A DNA stretch of 61,416 nucleotides from an uncultured Pseudomonadales bacterium (GTDB taxonomy: Bacteria; Patescibacteriota; Microgenomatia; UBA1400; PJMF01), in assembly GCA_964491115.1 (NCBI GenBank), contig CAZBEW010000004.1:1-61416 (forward strand), written 5' to 3'. Below are positions 28,966-39,700 of this stretch, piece after piece. The notes under the pieces were generated by a model. The model had not been told where the DNA came from and searched no databases. It saw nothing but the letters and a program-made list of their open reading frames with translations. Made by a program: the position numbers and the translations under genes. How positions within the stretch are numbered: position 1 is the first letter of the stretch; each line of letters opens with the position of its first letter.

Positions 28966-30293
28966 TGTCTGAAAACAACTATCAACTAGTCTGTGGTTTA
29001 GAAATTCATGCAGAGTTAAAAACTGCCTCAAAAATGTTTTGTGCTTGTAAAAATGACCCATTTACCGCTGAAAAACCCAACATCCACACTTGTCCAGTTT
29101 GTTTAGGTATGCCCGGTGGTTTACCCTTGGCCAATCGCAAAGCCATTGACTGGACCATTAAAATCGGTTTAGCTCTTAACTGTCAAATTAATTTGTTTTC
29201 AAAATTTGATCGAAAGAATTATTTTTATCCCGATCTACCAAAGGGCTATCAAATTAGCCAATATGATATTCCTTTCTGTCATGATGGTTATTTAGACACC
29301 AGTCAGGGTCGAGTAAAAATTCAACGTATTCATCTCGAAGAAGATACTGCCAAATTAGTTCACCAAAAAGATCACACCTTGATTGACTTTAACCGTTCAG
29401 GAGTACCCCTAGTTGAAATCGTCAGCGATATCGATATTAAAAATGCTCAGCAAGCCAAAGAATACGCCCAAAAAATCAGACAAATTTTACGCTATTTGGA
29501 TGTGGCAGATTGCGATATGGAAAGAGGGGGAATGAGGTTGGAAGCAAATATTTCTTTAAAGAAAGCAAGTGATCCAGCCAACTTTATACCCAATTATAAA
29601 GTCGAGTGTAAAAATATAAATTCTTTTCGTTTTATGGAGCTAGCCATTAATTACGAAATGGAACGTCAAGCTCAATTACTGGACCAAGGTGAAACTCCAG
29701 TTCAAGAGACGAGAGGTTTTAACCCTCAATCTGGCAAAACCTTTAGTCAACGAGCCAAAGAAGAAGCGCAAGACTATCGTTATTTTCCAGATCCTGATTT
29801 ACCACCTATAGAATTTAGTCCTGCCGATATTGAACGCATTAAAAATGAGCTAGTTGAGCTTCCTGATCACTATGCCCTCAGACTTAGTCAAGAATATCAG
29901 CTTGATTTAAATTTATGCCAACGCTTAGTCAGCAGTTCAGCGAAAGCCCATTTTTTTGAGAACATTTTGCTATTGGCCAAACAAAACAATATTGAAGCGG
30001 GAAAAATCGTGAACGCCTTATTAAATAAAAAAATTAATTATCAATTAAGTGATGATCCGCAATTAATTATCAAACGCTATCAGCAGTTAAACGCGGTTGA
30101 AGATTTGAGCCCAGAAACAATTGCTAATTTTGTTACAGAGGTGCTCAAAGAAAATTCAGATGCAGTAGCAAAATATCGGGCAGGTAAAAGCGAAGTCCTG
30201 GCTTTTCTCATTGGCCAAAGCATGAAAAAAATTGCCAAAAAAGTTGATGTTAATCAAGTAAAAAAGATTTTGTTAGCACAATTAAACAATTAA
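28965..30293 (+). CDS. gatB: Asp/Glu-tRNA amidotransferase subunit B
   Basis: GLEIHAEL, FDRKNYFYPDLPKGYQISQ, HLEED, DFNRSGVPLVE, DYRYFPDPDL. TAATG overlap with the gatA stop. Confidence 0.97.
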   Translation: MSENNYQLVCGLEIHAELKTASKMFCACKNDPFTAEKPNIHTCPVCLGMPGGLPLANRKAIDWTIKIGLALNCQINLFSKFDRKNYFYPDLPKGYQISQYDIPFCHDGYLDTSQGRVKIQRIHLEEDTAKLVHQKDHTLIDFNRSGVPLVEIVSDIDIKNAQQAKEYAQKIRQILRYLDVADCDMERGGMRLEANISLKKASDPANFIPNYKVECKNINSFRFMELAINYEMERQAQLLDQGETPVQETRGFNPQSGKTFSQRAKEEAQDYRYFPDPDLPPIEFSPADIERIKNELVELPDHYALRLSQEYQLDLNLCQRLVSSSAKAHFFENILLLAKQNNIEAGKIVNALLNKKINYQLSDDPQLIIKRYQQLNAVEDLSPETIANFVTEVLKENSDAVAKYRAGKSEVLAFLIGQSMKKIAKKVDVNQVKKILLAQLNN

Positions 30294-30315
30294 ATGAGAT
30301 ATACTAAGTCTAGAT

Positions 30316-33300
30316 ATGGCCCTGCAAAATAATGACTTTGTCCACTTACACACACATAGCGAATATTCCATTTTAGATGGTCTGAGTAAAATTCCTGATT
30401 TAATTGCTCAAGCAAAAAAATTTGGCCAAGAAGCTCTAGCCATAACCGACCATGGCAATATGTATGGTCATATTGTGTTTTTTAATGCTTGCAAAGAAGC
30501 AAATTTAAAAGCAATTATTGGAGTAGAGCTTTATCTGGCCAAAAATTCTCGTTTTGATAAACAATTAAAAATGGGCACCGACCAGTTTCATCTAACTTTG
30601 CTAGCCAAAGATTTTACCGGCTATCAAAACCTCATGAAACTGGTGTCTTTAGCCAATTTTGAAGGTTTTTCTTATAAGCCACGTATCGACCATGAACTGC
30701 TAGAAAAATATAACGAGGGTATTATCTTGCTGAGCGGCTGTATGAGCAGTCTTACTAGTCGACTTTTGTTAGATGATAAAGATGACCAGGCTATTGAAAT
30801 ATTTAAAAAATATCAAAAAATCTTTAAAGATCGTTTCTACTTAGAAATCCAAAGACATCCTCATGTCCCAGAAACTTATACCCTGACCAAAAAATTAATT
30901 GCCATTGCTAGGCAACTCAAGTTGCCCTTGGTAGCGACCAATGATTCTCACTATATCAATAAAAGCGATGCTGAAGCCCAAGATGCCTTGCTGTGCGTGC
31001 AAACACGACGCTTGATCAGTGATGATAGGCGCATGAAAATGATTGATCAGCCAGATTTTTATTTTAAATCTAGCCAAGAAATGATCGAAGCCTTTAATGA
31101 TATTCCTGAGGCAATTAGCAATAGTAAAAAAATTGCCGATCAATGCAATCTGACCATTCCTACTGGCAAATTAATCTTTCCAACTTTCGAATTACCCAAG
31201 GGCGAAAATTATGCAAGCTATTTAAAAAAAATTGTTTACCAAGCTGCTAAAGAAAAGTTTCCAGAAATTACTCAAGAAATTAAGGATCGTCTTGATTATG
31301 AGATTAAAATTATTAATGAAAAAGGTTATCCTGCTTATTTTTTGATTACTCAAGATTTTGTTAATTGGGCCAAAAACCAGGGCATTGCTGTGGGTCCTGG
31401 ACGGGGCAGCGCTGCTGGCTCTTTGGTTTCTTATTGTTTAAATATTACCACCCTTAATCCTCTAGAACACGGTCTTCCTTTCGAACGATTTCTCAATCCA
31501 GAAAGACCAACACCGCCCGATATCGACATTGATTTTGCAGATATTAAACGCGATGATGTCCTTAAATATGTCGCTACTAAATACGGCGAAGATCATGTGG
31601 CCTCAGTCATCACTTTTGGGCGAATGGAGGCTCGGGTCGCTGTCCGCGACATTGGCCGGGTCCTGGGACTACCTTACGAAGAACCCGATAAAATTGCTAA
31701 ATTAATTCCTAATGACCCTGGTCGGCGCGTATCAATTAAGCAAGCTATTCATAGTGTCCCAGAATTGGGCAATTATTATCAACAAAGTAGATTCAGAAAA
31801 TTACTTGATTTAGCCATGAGAGTAGAGGGCACTATTCGTCAAGCAGGGATGCACGCCTGTGCGGTCATCATTGCTGATAAACCATTAACCAATTACACGG
31901 CCATTCAAAAAGATTCACGGTCTGGCAAAACTCTCACTCAATTGGACATGTATTCACTAGACTGTAATGTTGATGATGATGCTATTGGTTTGCTAAAATT
32001 TGATTTATTAGGACTGCGAAATTTGTCAATTATTCAAGAAGCGCTGGCCTTAATTAAAAAATATCAAAAACAAGATATTAAAATCGATAGCATTTCTTTA
32101 GAAGATAAAAAAACTTTTGCTTTATTAGCCAGTGGCGACACCACCGGCGTTTTTCAACTTGAATCTGCTGGTATGCGGCGGATTGCCAAAAGCTTAAAAC
32201 CTAATAAGTTTTCAGATATTACAGCTATGGTCGCCCTTTATCGACCAGGGCCAATGGATCTTATCCCGCGTTTTATCGAAGGCAAACATAATCCAGAAAC
32301 AATTGAATATCCTCATCCATCGCTTGAGCCTTTCTTAAAAGAAACCTACGGCATCATGGTGTATCAAGAGCAGATCTTAGAAATTGTCAATTTTATGGCT
32401 GGTTATAGTTTGGGAGAAGCTGATATTTTACGAAGAGCCATTGGTAAAAAGAAAAAAAAGCTGCTAGACACCAATAAGAATCGCTTCATTAGGCAATCTG
32501 TAAATAAAGGCTATAAAAAAGCCACTGCAGAGCGAGTTTGGGGCTTTATTGAAGCTTTTGCTAATTATGGTTTTAACAAATCTCACGCTGCTAGCTACGC
32601 CATGATCGCTTATCAAACTGCTTGGCTTAAAGCTAATTTTCCAGTGGAATACATGACTGCGGTCATGAGTGTTGAGTCTAATTCTCATTCAATGAATCGA
32701 GACGAGAAAATAGCTATTACCATTGAAAATTGCCGACAAATGAATATTAAAATCTATCCGCCTGATATTAATCTTTCCGAAAAAGATTTTACTATTGAAA
32801 AAGATCCTGATTCTTTGGGGGGCATGGCCATTCGTTTTGGTTTGGGAGCAATTAAGCACGTCGGCAGTGCTGCCATTGAAAATATTCTCACTGTGAGAAG
32901 CGCAGAAAAAGAATTTCAATCTTTCACCCATTTCTTAAAAACCACCAGCACGCGCAAGGTTAATAAAAAAACTATTGAGAGTTTAATCAAAGTTGGCGCC
33001 ATGGATCGCTTTGCTCATCGCTCGTCAATGTTAGAAAACCTCGAGCAAATTCGTCAAAGTGCAGAACAATTTAGCTCAGAAATCGATGGCCAAGATAATT
33101 TATTCGCCAATCTTGAAGATCAAGTTGTCAAAATTACCGATAATTTTGTTGAACTAGAAGAATATCCAAAACAAGAAATTTTATCTTTTGAAAAAGAACT
33201 TCTGGGCATTTATTTAACCAGTCATCCGCTGGCTGATGCCATGCAAGTTTTACAGAGAAAAAATAGTTTAAAAATTGCTGAAATTGATCCAGAAATCCAT

Positions 33301-33780
33301 CAAGACCAAATCTTTCTTTTTGGCGGAGTCATTACTAGATTTAAAGAAATTACTACTAAAACCGGTCGCTTAATGGCTTTTGCCACTTTAGAAGATACTA
33401 GCGGTAAAATTGAGTTTTTAATTTTCCCCAAACTCTATCAAAAGTGGATTGGTCGTCTCGCTGAAGAAAGCATTATTCTTCTTCGAGCCAAAGTGCAAAA
33501 TCGTGATGAAGAACTAAAACTTATTGCCGAAAAAATTACTTTGCCCTCAGACGAAGTAATTAATGAAGAAAGTTTAAGTGATTATCAAGAAATTTTTATT
33601 CCCAGAAAAACTAGTAAAACAACGCTTAAAGAGTTAGGTGAACTACTAAAAGCAAATCTGGGCAAAACCCATATTGTAATTATTATTCCTAATGGCTCAA
33701 AAGCGGAAAAAATTAATCTACCTTATCAGGTGGATTGGAACGATAAGCTAGCAGAACAAATTGAAAACTTATTAAAATAA
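30316..33780 (+). CDS. dnaE: DNA polymerase III alpha subunit
   Basis: PHP domain [49 protein letters not shown] fold. No intein seen. Confidence 0.98.
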   Translation: MALQNNDFVHLHTHSEYSILDGLSKIPDLIAQAKKFGQEALAITDHGNMYGHIVFFNACKEANLKAIIGVELYLAKNSRFDKQLKMGTDQFHLTLLAKDFTGYQNLMKLVSLANFEGFSYKPRIDHELLEKYNEGIILLSGCMSSLTSRLLLDDKDDQAIEIFKKYQKIFKDRFYLEIQRHPHVPETYTLTKKLIAIARQLKLPLVATNDSHYINKSDAEAQDALLCVQTRRLISDDRRMKMIDQPDFYFKSSQEMIEAFNDIPEAISNSKKIADQCNLTIPTGKLIFPTFELPKGENYASYLKKIVYQAAKEKFPEITQEIKDRLDYEIKIINEKGYPAYFLITQDFVNWAKNQGIAVGPGRGSAAGSLVSYCLNITTLNPLEHGLPFERFLNPERPTPPDIDIDFADIKRDDVLKYVATKYGEDHVASVITFGRMEARVAVRDIGRVLGLPYEEPDKIAKLIPNDPGRRVSIKQAIHSVPELGNYYQQSRFRKLLDLAMRVEGTIRQAGMHACAVIIADKPLTNYTAIQKDSRSGKTLTQLDMYSLDCNVDDDAIGLLKFDLLGLRNLSIIQEALALIKKYQKQDIKIDSISLEDKKTFALLASGDTTGVFQLESAGMRRIAKSLKPNKFSDITAMVALYRPGPMDLIPRFIEGKHNPETIEYPHPSLEPFLKETYGIMVYQEQILEIVNFMAGYSLGEADILRRAIGKKKKKLLDTNKNRFIRQSVNKGYKKATAERVWGFIEAFANYGFNKSHAASYAMIAYQTAWLKANFPVEYMTAVMSVESNSHSMNRDEKIAITIENCRQMNIKIYPPDINLSEKDFTIEKDPDSLGGMAIRFGLGAIKHVGSAAIENILTVRSAEKEFQSFTHFLKTTSTRKVNKKTIESLIKVGAMDRFAHRSSMLENLEQIRQSAEQFSSEIDGQDNLFANLEDQVVKITDNFVELEEYPKQEILSFEKELLGIYLTSHPLADAMQVLQRKNSLKIAEIDPEIHQDQIFLFGGVITRFKEITTKTGRLMAFATLEDTSGKIEFLIFPKLYQKWIGRLAEESIILLRAKVQNRDEELKLIAEKITLPSDEVINEESLSDYQEIFIPRKTSKTTLKELGELLKANLGKTHIVIIIPNGSKAEKINLPYQVDWNDKLAEQIENLLK

Positions 33781-33783
33781 ATA

Positions 33784-34656
33784 ATGAAAATTACCAAGCC
33801 TGCCCAACTGCGAAACATCGCCTTTAAACTCAGACAAGATATTCTATCCATGATTTATCAAGCCCAAAGCGGACATCCTGCAGGCAGCTTGGGGATGGTC
33901 GATTTAATCTTGTGCTTATACGCCACTGGCATTTTGCGTCATGATCCACAACGACCCACTTGGGAAAAACGCGATTATTTTTTGCTGTCAAATGGACACA
34001 TTTGTCCTGCTCTTTACGCTGTTCTAGCTCAACAAAAATATTTTGCCAGAGAAGAGTTGGCAAGTTTTCGCCTGATTAATAGTCGTTTACAGGGTCATCC
34101 ACACCTACTAATGGCTGGGGAAAACATCGATCCAAAAACTTTGCCCGGTATTGAAATCACAGCTGGCTCTTTGGGGCAGGGAGGATCGCAAGCAGCTGGT
34201 TTAGCCTATGGTCTGCAATTAGCTCAAAGAAAAAACCACGTTTTTTGTTTATTAAGCGATGGTGAACAGCAAGAGGGACAAAGCTGGGAAGCCTATATGT
34301 TTGCCGCTCATTACCAACTGCATAATTTAACTTTCATCATTGATTACAATCAAATTCAAATCTCTGGCAAAACAAGGGAAATTATCTCGCTGGGAGATTT
34401 GAAATTAAAATTAATTGCTTTTGGACTCCATGTTCTGGAAGTTGATGCTCATGATTTTGAGGATCTGCAAGACAAACTCACCCAAGCTAAAAATAATAAA
34501 AAACAGCCAGTAGCATTAATTGCCCACAGTATTCCGGGGAAAGGCGTATCATTTATGGAAAATGATTATCGTTGGCATGGCAAAGCTCCCAATAAAAGGG
34601 AATTTGAAAGCGCCATGCATGAGTTAAGAATTAAAAGACAAAACGATCATGAGTGA
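33784..34656 (+). CDS. Transketolase, N-terminal (TPP-binding) subunit
   Basis: SGHPAGSLG, LSNGH, LQGHP, GSLGQG, SDGEQQEG, WHGKAP. Confidence 0.93.
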   Translation: MKITKPAQLRNIAFKLRQDILSMIYQAQSGHPAGSLGMVDLILCLYATGILRHDPQRPTWEKRDYFLLSNGHICPALYAVLAQQKYFAREELASFRLINSRLQGHPHLLMAGENIDPKTLPGIEITAGSLGQGGSQAAGLAYGLQLAQRKNHVFCLLSDGEQQEGQSWEAYMFAAHYQLHNLTFIIDYNQIQISGKTREIISLGDLKLKLIAFGLHVLEVDAHDFEDLQDKLTQAKNNKKQPVALIAHSIPGKGVSFMENDYRWHGKAPNKREFESAMHELRIKRQNDHE

Positions 34657-35656
34657 AAATCAACTACTTGCCAGTAGAGATGGTTTTGCTGTCGGCTTAG
34701 TCAAAGCCGCGCAAACTAATCCAAACGTCATGGCTTTATCTGCAGATTTAAGTGATTCTTTGCGCTTGGCAGACTTTAAAAAGCAATTTCCTAGCCAGTA
34801 TGTTGAATGTGGTGTGGCAGAACAAAATATGATCGGTGTGGCCGCTGGCTTGAGTTTGCTGGGTAAAATCCCCTTTGCCACTAGTTTTGCTTCTTTTAAT
34901 CCAATTCGAAATTTTGATCAAATAAGAAATATAGCCTATTCAAATCTTAATCTCAAAATTGTTGGTGGACACGCAGGGCTTGCTACTGGTGAAGATGGAG
35001 CGATTCATCAATCTTTAGAAGACCTAAGTCTCATGATGAGCTTGCCAAATATGCGGCTTGTTTCTCCAGCTGATGCCAAGCAAGCCAAACTAGCTACTCT
35101 TGCTCTGGCTAAAGATCTCGGCCCAAGTTATTTGCGCTTAAGTCGTTTAGCTGTGCCTGATTTAGAATTTTCCTTAAAAAATTTAAGTAATAAGCGAGCA
35201 GACTCACATAAATTTTCTTTAGATAAAGCCCAAGTTTTAACTTCTGGCAAAGATTTAACTATTGTTGTGTCGGGAATTCTTGCTCATCAAGCTGTTCAAG
35301 CCTGTCTTGAATTACAAGCACTCGGAATTAGTGCTGAATTAATTAATATTATTTCAATGAAGCCTCTCGATCTTGAATCTATTTTATTGAGTTGCCAAAA
35401 AACTCAGGCACTATTAATTATTAGTGAAGAACAATTGGGTAGTGGTTTTAATGCTTATTTAGCTCAACAAGTCCTCAATAATTTAGGAGAAAAAAATAGC
35501 AAGCCCTTGTTAACTGAGTTTGTTGCCGTTAACAATACCTTTGGTGAATCGGGAACTGCCGAACAATTATTAAATAAATATCATTTGGACAGTCAAGCAA
35601 TATTAAATAAAACTCTGCTATTGTTGAAAAAAAAGAGAAAATTATTGAGTATTTAG
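34649..35656 (+). CDS. Transketolase, C-terminal subunit
   Basis: SADL, ECGVAEQNMIGVAAG, GEDGAIHQ, FGESG. Confidence 0.92.
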   Translation: MSENQLLASRDGFAVGLVKAAQTNPNVMALSADLSDSLRLADFKKQFPSQYVECGVAEQNMIGVAAGLSLLGKIPFATSFASFNPIRNFDQIRNIAYSNLNLKIVGGHAGLATGEDGAIHQSLEDLSLMMSLPNMRLVSPADAKQAKLATLALAKDLGPSYLRLSRLAVPDLEFSLKNLSNKRADSHKFSLDKAQVLTSGKDLTIVVSGILAHQAVQACLELQALGISAELINIISMKPLDLESILLSCQKTQALLIISEEQLGSGFNAYLAQQVLNNLGEKNSKPLLTEFVAVNNTFGESGTAEQLLNKYHLDSQAILNKTLLLLKKKRKLLSI

Positions 35657-35731
35657 CGCTGGTAAGCAAGTATTTAGCGCTGGTAAGCAAGTATTTAACC
35701 CCAACAACCAAGTATTTAGCGCTGGCAACGT
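35648..35731. repeat. 21-bp tandem repeat x4 at the convergent tkt/mutM junction
   Basis: agtatttagcgctggtaagca twice (35648, 35669, identical), degenerate copy at 35690, near-identical copy at 35711. Confidence 0.92.
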
Positions 35732-36594
35732 TCGCAATAAAAACTACTTCTTCCGCCCAGCTTAACTCTTTTGATTTTAAAATCCCGGCCACAATCTGGA
35801 CAAATGGCATTTTCTTGACCATAAACCAGTAATTGATCTTGATAGGAACCAGCTAAACCATCAATGCCAACATAATGACCATCAAAAGTAGTACCACCAG
35901 AAAGAATGGCTGTCTCAATTATTTGCTGCATTTCTAATAACAAGCGAGTCATTTCAATTTTACTCAAGCTACTAGCTCTTCTAAGAGGGGAAATTTTCGC
36001 TCTAAACAGTGCTTCACTAGCATAAATATTACCAACTCCAGCTAGAACCTGATTATCCATAATAAATTGCTTGATGCTGATGTGTCGATTTTTAGCTTTC
36101 TCCAATAAATATTTGATATTTAGGTTGGGATCATTAACGTCTAAGCCATAATGGACAAATTCTTGTGAAAGCTGATCTTGTGCTTTCAGTCTGAGCCAAC
36201 CAAAAACGCGCATGTCATTAAAAAATAGTTGACTGTGTTTTTGTTTTCGATCTTCTAAATCAAAAATTACTCGAGTGTGTTTACTGGGCAGATCATTCAG
36301 CCAATCGGCAGTCGGATGACCACCACCTGCGCGCCGACCTTCTCTATCAAGAAAAATTAATTGGCCAGTCATTTTTAAATGAATTAATAAATGCTGACTA
36401 TTACTTAACACCAGGTCGAGTATTTTTGCTCGACGTTTAACATCAATAAATTGCTGACCAATTAATAAACTCTTGTTTTCTGCAAAATTGGGAAAGCTTT
36501 TTTCTCTCAATAAGTGAACGTCTCTAATTCTTTTTTCTAACAAGACTGGAGCTAAATTTTTTCTTAGCGATTCAACTTCAGGTAATTCTGGCAT
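35716..36594 (-). CDS. mutM: Formamidopyrimidine-DNA glycosylase
   Basis: MPELPEVE, HLKMTGQL, GVGNIYASEAL, zinc finger CPDC...CERCQ. Confidence 0.97.
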   Translation of the reverse strand: MPELPEVESLRKNLAPVLLEKRIRDVHLLREKSFPNFAENKSLLIGQQFIDVKRRAKILDLVLSNSQHLLIHLKMTGQLIFLDREGRRAGGGHPTADWLNDLPSKHTRVIFDLEDRKQKHSQLFFNDMRVFGWLRLKAQDQLSQEFVHYGLDVNDPNLNIKYLLEKAKNRHISIKQFIMDNQVLAGVGNIYASEALFRAKISPLRRASSLSKIEMTRLLLEMQQIIETAILSGGTTFDGHYVGIDGLAGSYQDQLLVYGQENAICPDCGRDFKIKRVKLGGRSSFYCERCQR

Positions 36595-36599
36595 ATCGT

Positions 36600-39500
36600 T
36601 TAGGGTCGATGTTCTTTAGCCCCAATTAATCCACACTTTTTATATTTTAAACCCGAGCCGCATGGGCAAGGATCGTTACGCCCAATTTTTTCCGACCCCG
36701 TTGCAGAAGTAGACGAGTCGCTGCGATTCGTGGTCGTGGCGCTTGGCTGATGATTATTAGTATTAGCTAAAAGTTTAGCCAAATCACTGGTGTTAGCTGT
36801 TTTTCCAGCTACTGAGGGGGGAGTTTGCCCAGCTCGTCTCGGATCTGCTGCAACTGCTTGTAATAAACTGTCAGCAACATCAGCTTTATCTAATTGCATG
36901 TTTCTGGGTATAACAGATTGTTGTTGCACCAAAGGTTGAATTCTAAAAATTCTAGTGGCAATGCTGCTTTGAATATTATTAATTAATTCCTCAAACATTT
37001 TGAAAGCTTCTCTTTTGTATTCTGACAAAACAGTGTTTTTATCACCACGCAACCAAATGCCCTGACGCAAATCATCGATCATATCAAGATGATCCATCCA
37101 TTTTTCATCAATCGTTGACAGAATGACAAATTTTTCTAACTCGCGCATCAGCCCTTCTCCAACTTTGGTTTCTCGTGACTCGTAGGCTTGCTCAACCACT
37201 TTCATTAATTCATCAATTATTGAGGATGGATCTTTTTCTTTGTCTAATTTTTTAGCTATTTTTTGTTGAGAAGTTTCATCGAAAGGAATTATTTTAGTAA
37301 AATCTTTGACGATTAATTGATAAGCCTCAGCTTCGCTTTCCGCATCGCTGTTTTCTAAGCCCAATCGACTATTAACCAAAAAGGTTACTTCCTGCTGAAT
37401 ATAATCCAAAATTTGTGCTTTTAAAGTGGTTTCTTGACCACTCTCATCTACAATGACATTGGCCAAACGATCATCACTTTGTGTCTGGTTAATACTTATG
37501 GTGGCCACTTCTAGTAAACGACGACGACGCTGGTAAATAATTTCACGATGCTTATTCATCACATCGTCAAAATCTACTAAACGCTTGCGTTGATCAAAAA
37601 AGAAGGTTTCTACTTTTGTTTGCGCTGACTCAATGGCTTTACTAACCATTTTATTTTCAATCACTTGTTGTTCTTCGATTTGCAATAAATTCATGACTTT
37701 AGCAATTTGCTCACCACCAAAAATGCGCATGATTTCATCATCCAGTGAGACAAAAAATTGAGAACTACCAGGATCTCCTTGTCTGCCTGATCGACCACGC
37801 AACTGGTTATCAATACGTCTTGATTCATGACGTTCTGTACCAATAATGGCCAAACCGCCAACCTCAATAACCTGCTGATGAGCCTCTTGCCACTCTTTCA
37901 TGGCTTGGGCATATTCTTTCAATTTATAATTAGCTGGATTAATTAAGCTTGGTAGATCTAAATCTTTATAAGCTGCCGGAATTTTGCTCTTTTTCTTGGT
38001 TAGTTGCGCTTTGCGGTAATTTTTTAATTCTGGTTTTGCTCCACCCAAAACAATATCAACCCCTCGACCCGCGATATTAGTAGCAACCGTAATGGCTCCT
38101 TTTTTACCAGCATCGGCAATAATAAAAGCTTCTCGTTCATGATTCTTGGCGTTTAAAAGCTGATGATCGATTTTTTTACGGCGCAAAAAATTTGAAATGA
38201 TTTGATTGTGCTCAATTGACCGAGTGCCCAACAAAATTGGTTGACCAAGATCATGCAGCCGCTCTACTTCTTTAACAATCGCTGAATATTTAGCGGCCGT
38301 GTTTTTATAAATTTGATCGGGGCGATCTTGACGAATCACTACTTCGTTGGTGGGAATAGCTAAAACATCGGTATGGTAAATTTGGTTAAACTCTTCCGAT
38401 TCAGTTAGAGCTGTACCAGTCATACCAGACAATTTTTGGTACATTCTAAAATAATTTTGCAAAGAAATAGTGGCTAAAGTTCGAGACTCTTGTTGAATAG
38501 CTACTCCTTCTTTGGCTTCAATAGCTTGATGTAGACCATCGCTGTAGCGTCGACCAAACATTAAACGACCCGTGTGCTCATCAACAATAATTATTTGATT
38601 ATCCTTAACAATATATTCTTTGTCTTTGTGGTAAAGAGATTGCGCTTGGAGTGCTTTTTCAATGTGGTGAATAGTATCAAAGTTTTCTTCATAAAGATTA
38701 CTAACACCTAATTTTGCTTCTAAACGCTTAACACCCAAGTCAGTGAGGGTGGCACTTTTCGACTTTTCATCAAGTTTATAATCTTGCTCTTTACTTAAGG
38801 AACGCACCATATCGGCAAATTGATAATATTTATTGGTTGGTTCAGTATCAGGAGCAGAAATAATTAAAGGCGTTCGTGCTTCATCAATTAAAATTGAATC
38901 AGCTTCGTCAACAATTGCAAAATGATGAGGATGGCTTTGCCTTTGCACCATTTGTTGTAAATTTTGCACCATGTTATCGCGTAAATAATCGAAACCAAAT
39001 TCATTGTTGGTGCCGTAAGTGATGTCGGCTAAATAAGCCTCTTGTCGACTAATTTCCACAAAATGCTCAAGGCGCTCATCGCCTCGCTCTTCGCTATCCA
39101 CATTGGGATCATACAAACGAGCATGGTCGTGAACAATGACCGCTGTTTTCAAACCTAAAAAATGATAAATTGGGCCCATCCAGCCTACACCAATTTCAGA
39201 CAAGTAATCATTGACTGTCACCAGGTGAGCTCCATACCCCAATAAAGCATTAAGATAAAGAGGGCAGGTGACGGTTAAAGTTTTACCCTCACCAGTTTTT
39301 TGTTCAGTAATATTGCCTCGATGAAGGGCGACACCAGCCAACATCTGCACATCAAAATGTCGCACACCGATAAGGCGACGCGATACTTCGCGAACCGTGG
39401 CGTAAGCTTCGGGCAAAATTAACTCTAGAGTCTCTTGGTCGATATTTTTTAAAGCATCTTGATAGGCTGGAGAATTAAGCTCAAGAGCTGGATCAATTTT

Positions 39501-39671
39501 TTGTCGATGTTGCTCAATAATTTCTTTAAACTTCTTGGTCTGCGAAGCTAAGTCTTTATCGCTTTTAGCCTCCATTTCCGGCTCAAAAGCGTTGATTTGA
39601 TCAACTAATACTTGATACTTCTTGAGTTTTTTTTGTTCCTCATCGAAAAGGCTTTTAAGAAATTTAAACAT
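36600..39671 (-). CDS. secA: Preprotein translocase subunit SecA
   Basis: EQKTGEGKT, VTVNDYL, DEADSILIDEARTP, TNIAGRGVDI, RRIDNQLRGRSGRQGDPG, SEC-C motif GRNDPCPCGSGLKYKKC. Confidence 0.99.
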   Translation of the reverse strand: MFKFLKSLFDEEQKKLKKYQVLVDQINAFEPEMEAKSDKDLASQTKKFKEIIEQHRQKIDPALELNSPAYQDALKNIDQETLELILPEAYATVREVSRRLIGVRHFDVQMLAGVALHRGNITEQKTGEGKTLTVTCPLYLNALLGYGAHLVTVNDYLSEIGVGWMGPIYHFLGLKTAVIVHDHARLYDPNVDSEERGDERLEHFVEISRQEAYLADITYGTNNEFGFDYLRDNMVQNLQQMVQRQSHPHHFAIVDEADSILIDEARTPLIISAPDTEPTNKYYQFADMVRSLSKEQDYKLDEKSKSATLTDLGVKRLEAKLGVSNLYEENFDTIHHIEKALQAQSLYHKDKEYIVKDNQIIIVDEHTGRLMFGRRYSDGLHQAIEAKEGVAIQQESRTLATISLQNYFRMYQKLSGMTGTALTESEEFNQIYHTDVLAIPTNEVVIRQDRPDQIYKNTAAKYSAIVKEVERLHDLGQPILLGTRSIEHNQIISNFLRRKKIDHQLLNAKNHEREAFIIADAGKKGAITVATNIAGRGVDIVLGGAKPELKNYRKAQLTKKKSKIPAAYKDLDLPSLINPANYKLKEYAQAMKEWQEAHQQVIEVGGLAIIGTERHESRRIDNQLRGRSGRQGDPGSSQFFVSLDDEIMRIFGGEQIAKVMNLLQIEEQQVIENKMVSKAIESAQTKVETFFFDQRKRLVDFDDVMNKHREIIYQRRRRLLEVATISINQTQSDDRLANVIVDESGQETTLKAQILDYIQQEVTFLVNSRLGLENSDAESEAEAYQLIVKDFTKIIPFDETSQQKIAKKLDKEKDPSSIIDELMKVVEQAYESRETKVGEGLMRELEKFVILSTIDEKWMDHLDMIDDLRQGIWLRGDKNTVLSEYKREAFKMFEELINNIQSSIATRIFRIQPLVQQQSVIPRNMQLDKADVADSLLQAVAADPRRAGQTPPSVAGKTANTSDLAKLLANTNNHQPSATTTNRSDSSTSATGSEKIGRNDPCPCGSGLKYKKCGLIGAKEHRP

Positions 39672-39700
39672 ATTTTCTACAATCTTAAAAAATTAGTATA

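Noticed and set aside
34654-34656. Alternative genetic code (UGA=Gly)
   Set aside because: TGA ends the transketolase N-subunit and the GH gene at sensible positions, and no conserved gene is interrupted by TGA.
35648-35731. Possible CRISPR array (also considered for 18431-18488 and 27505-27585)
   Set aside because: Units are head-to-tail with no unique spacers, and no cas genes are present.
35529-35822. 97-aa ORF with repeated SAKYL
   Set aside because: The peptide repeat is just the 21-bp DNA repeat read in another frame; overlaps two real genes.
37166-37181. parS-like sequence in secA (encodes ESRET)
   Set aside because: The core palindrome is broken (about 11/16); likely coincidental.
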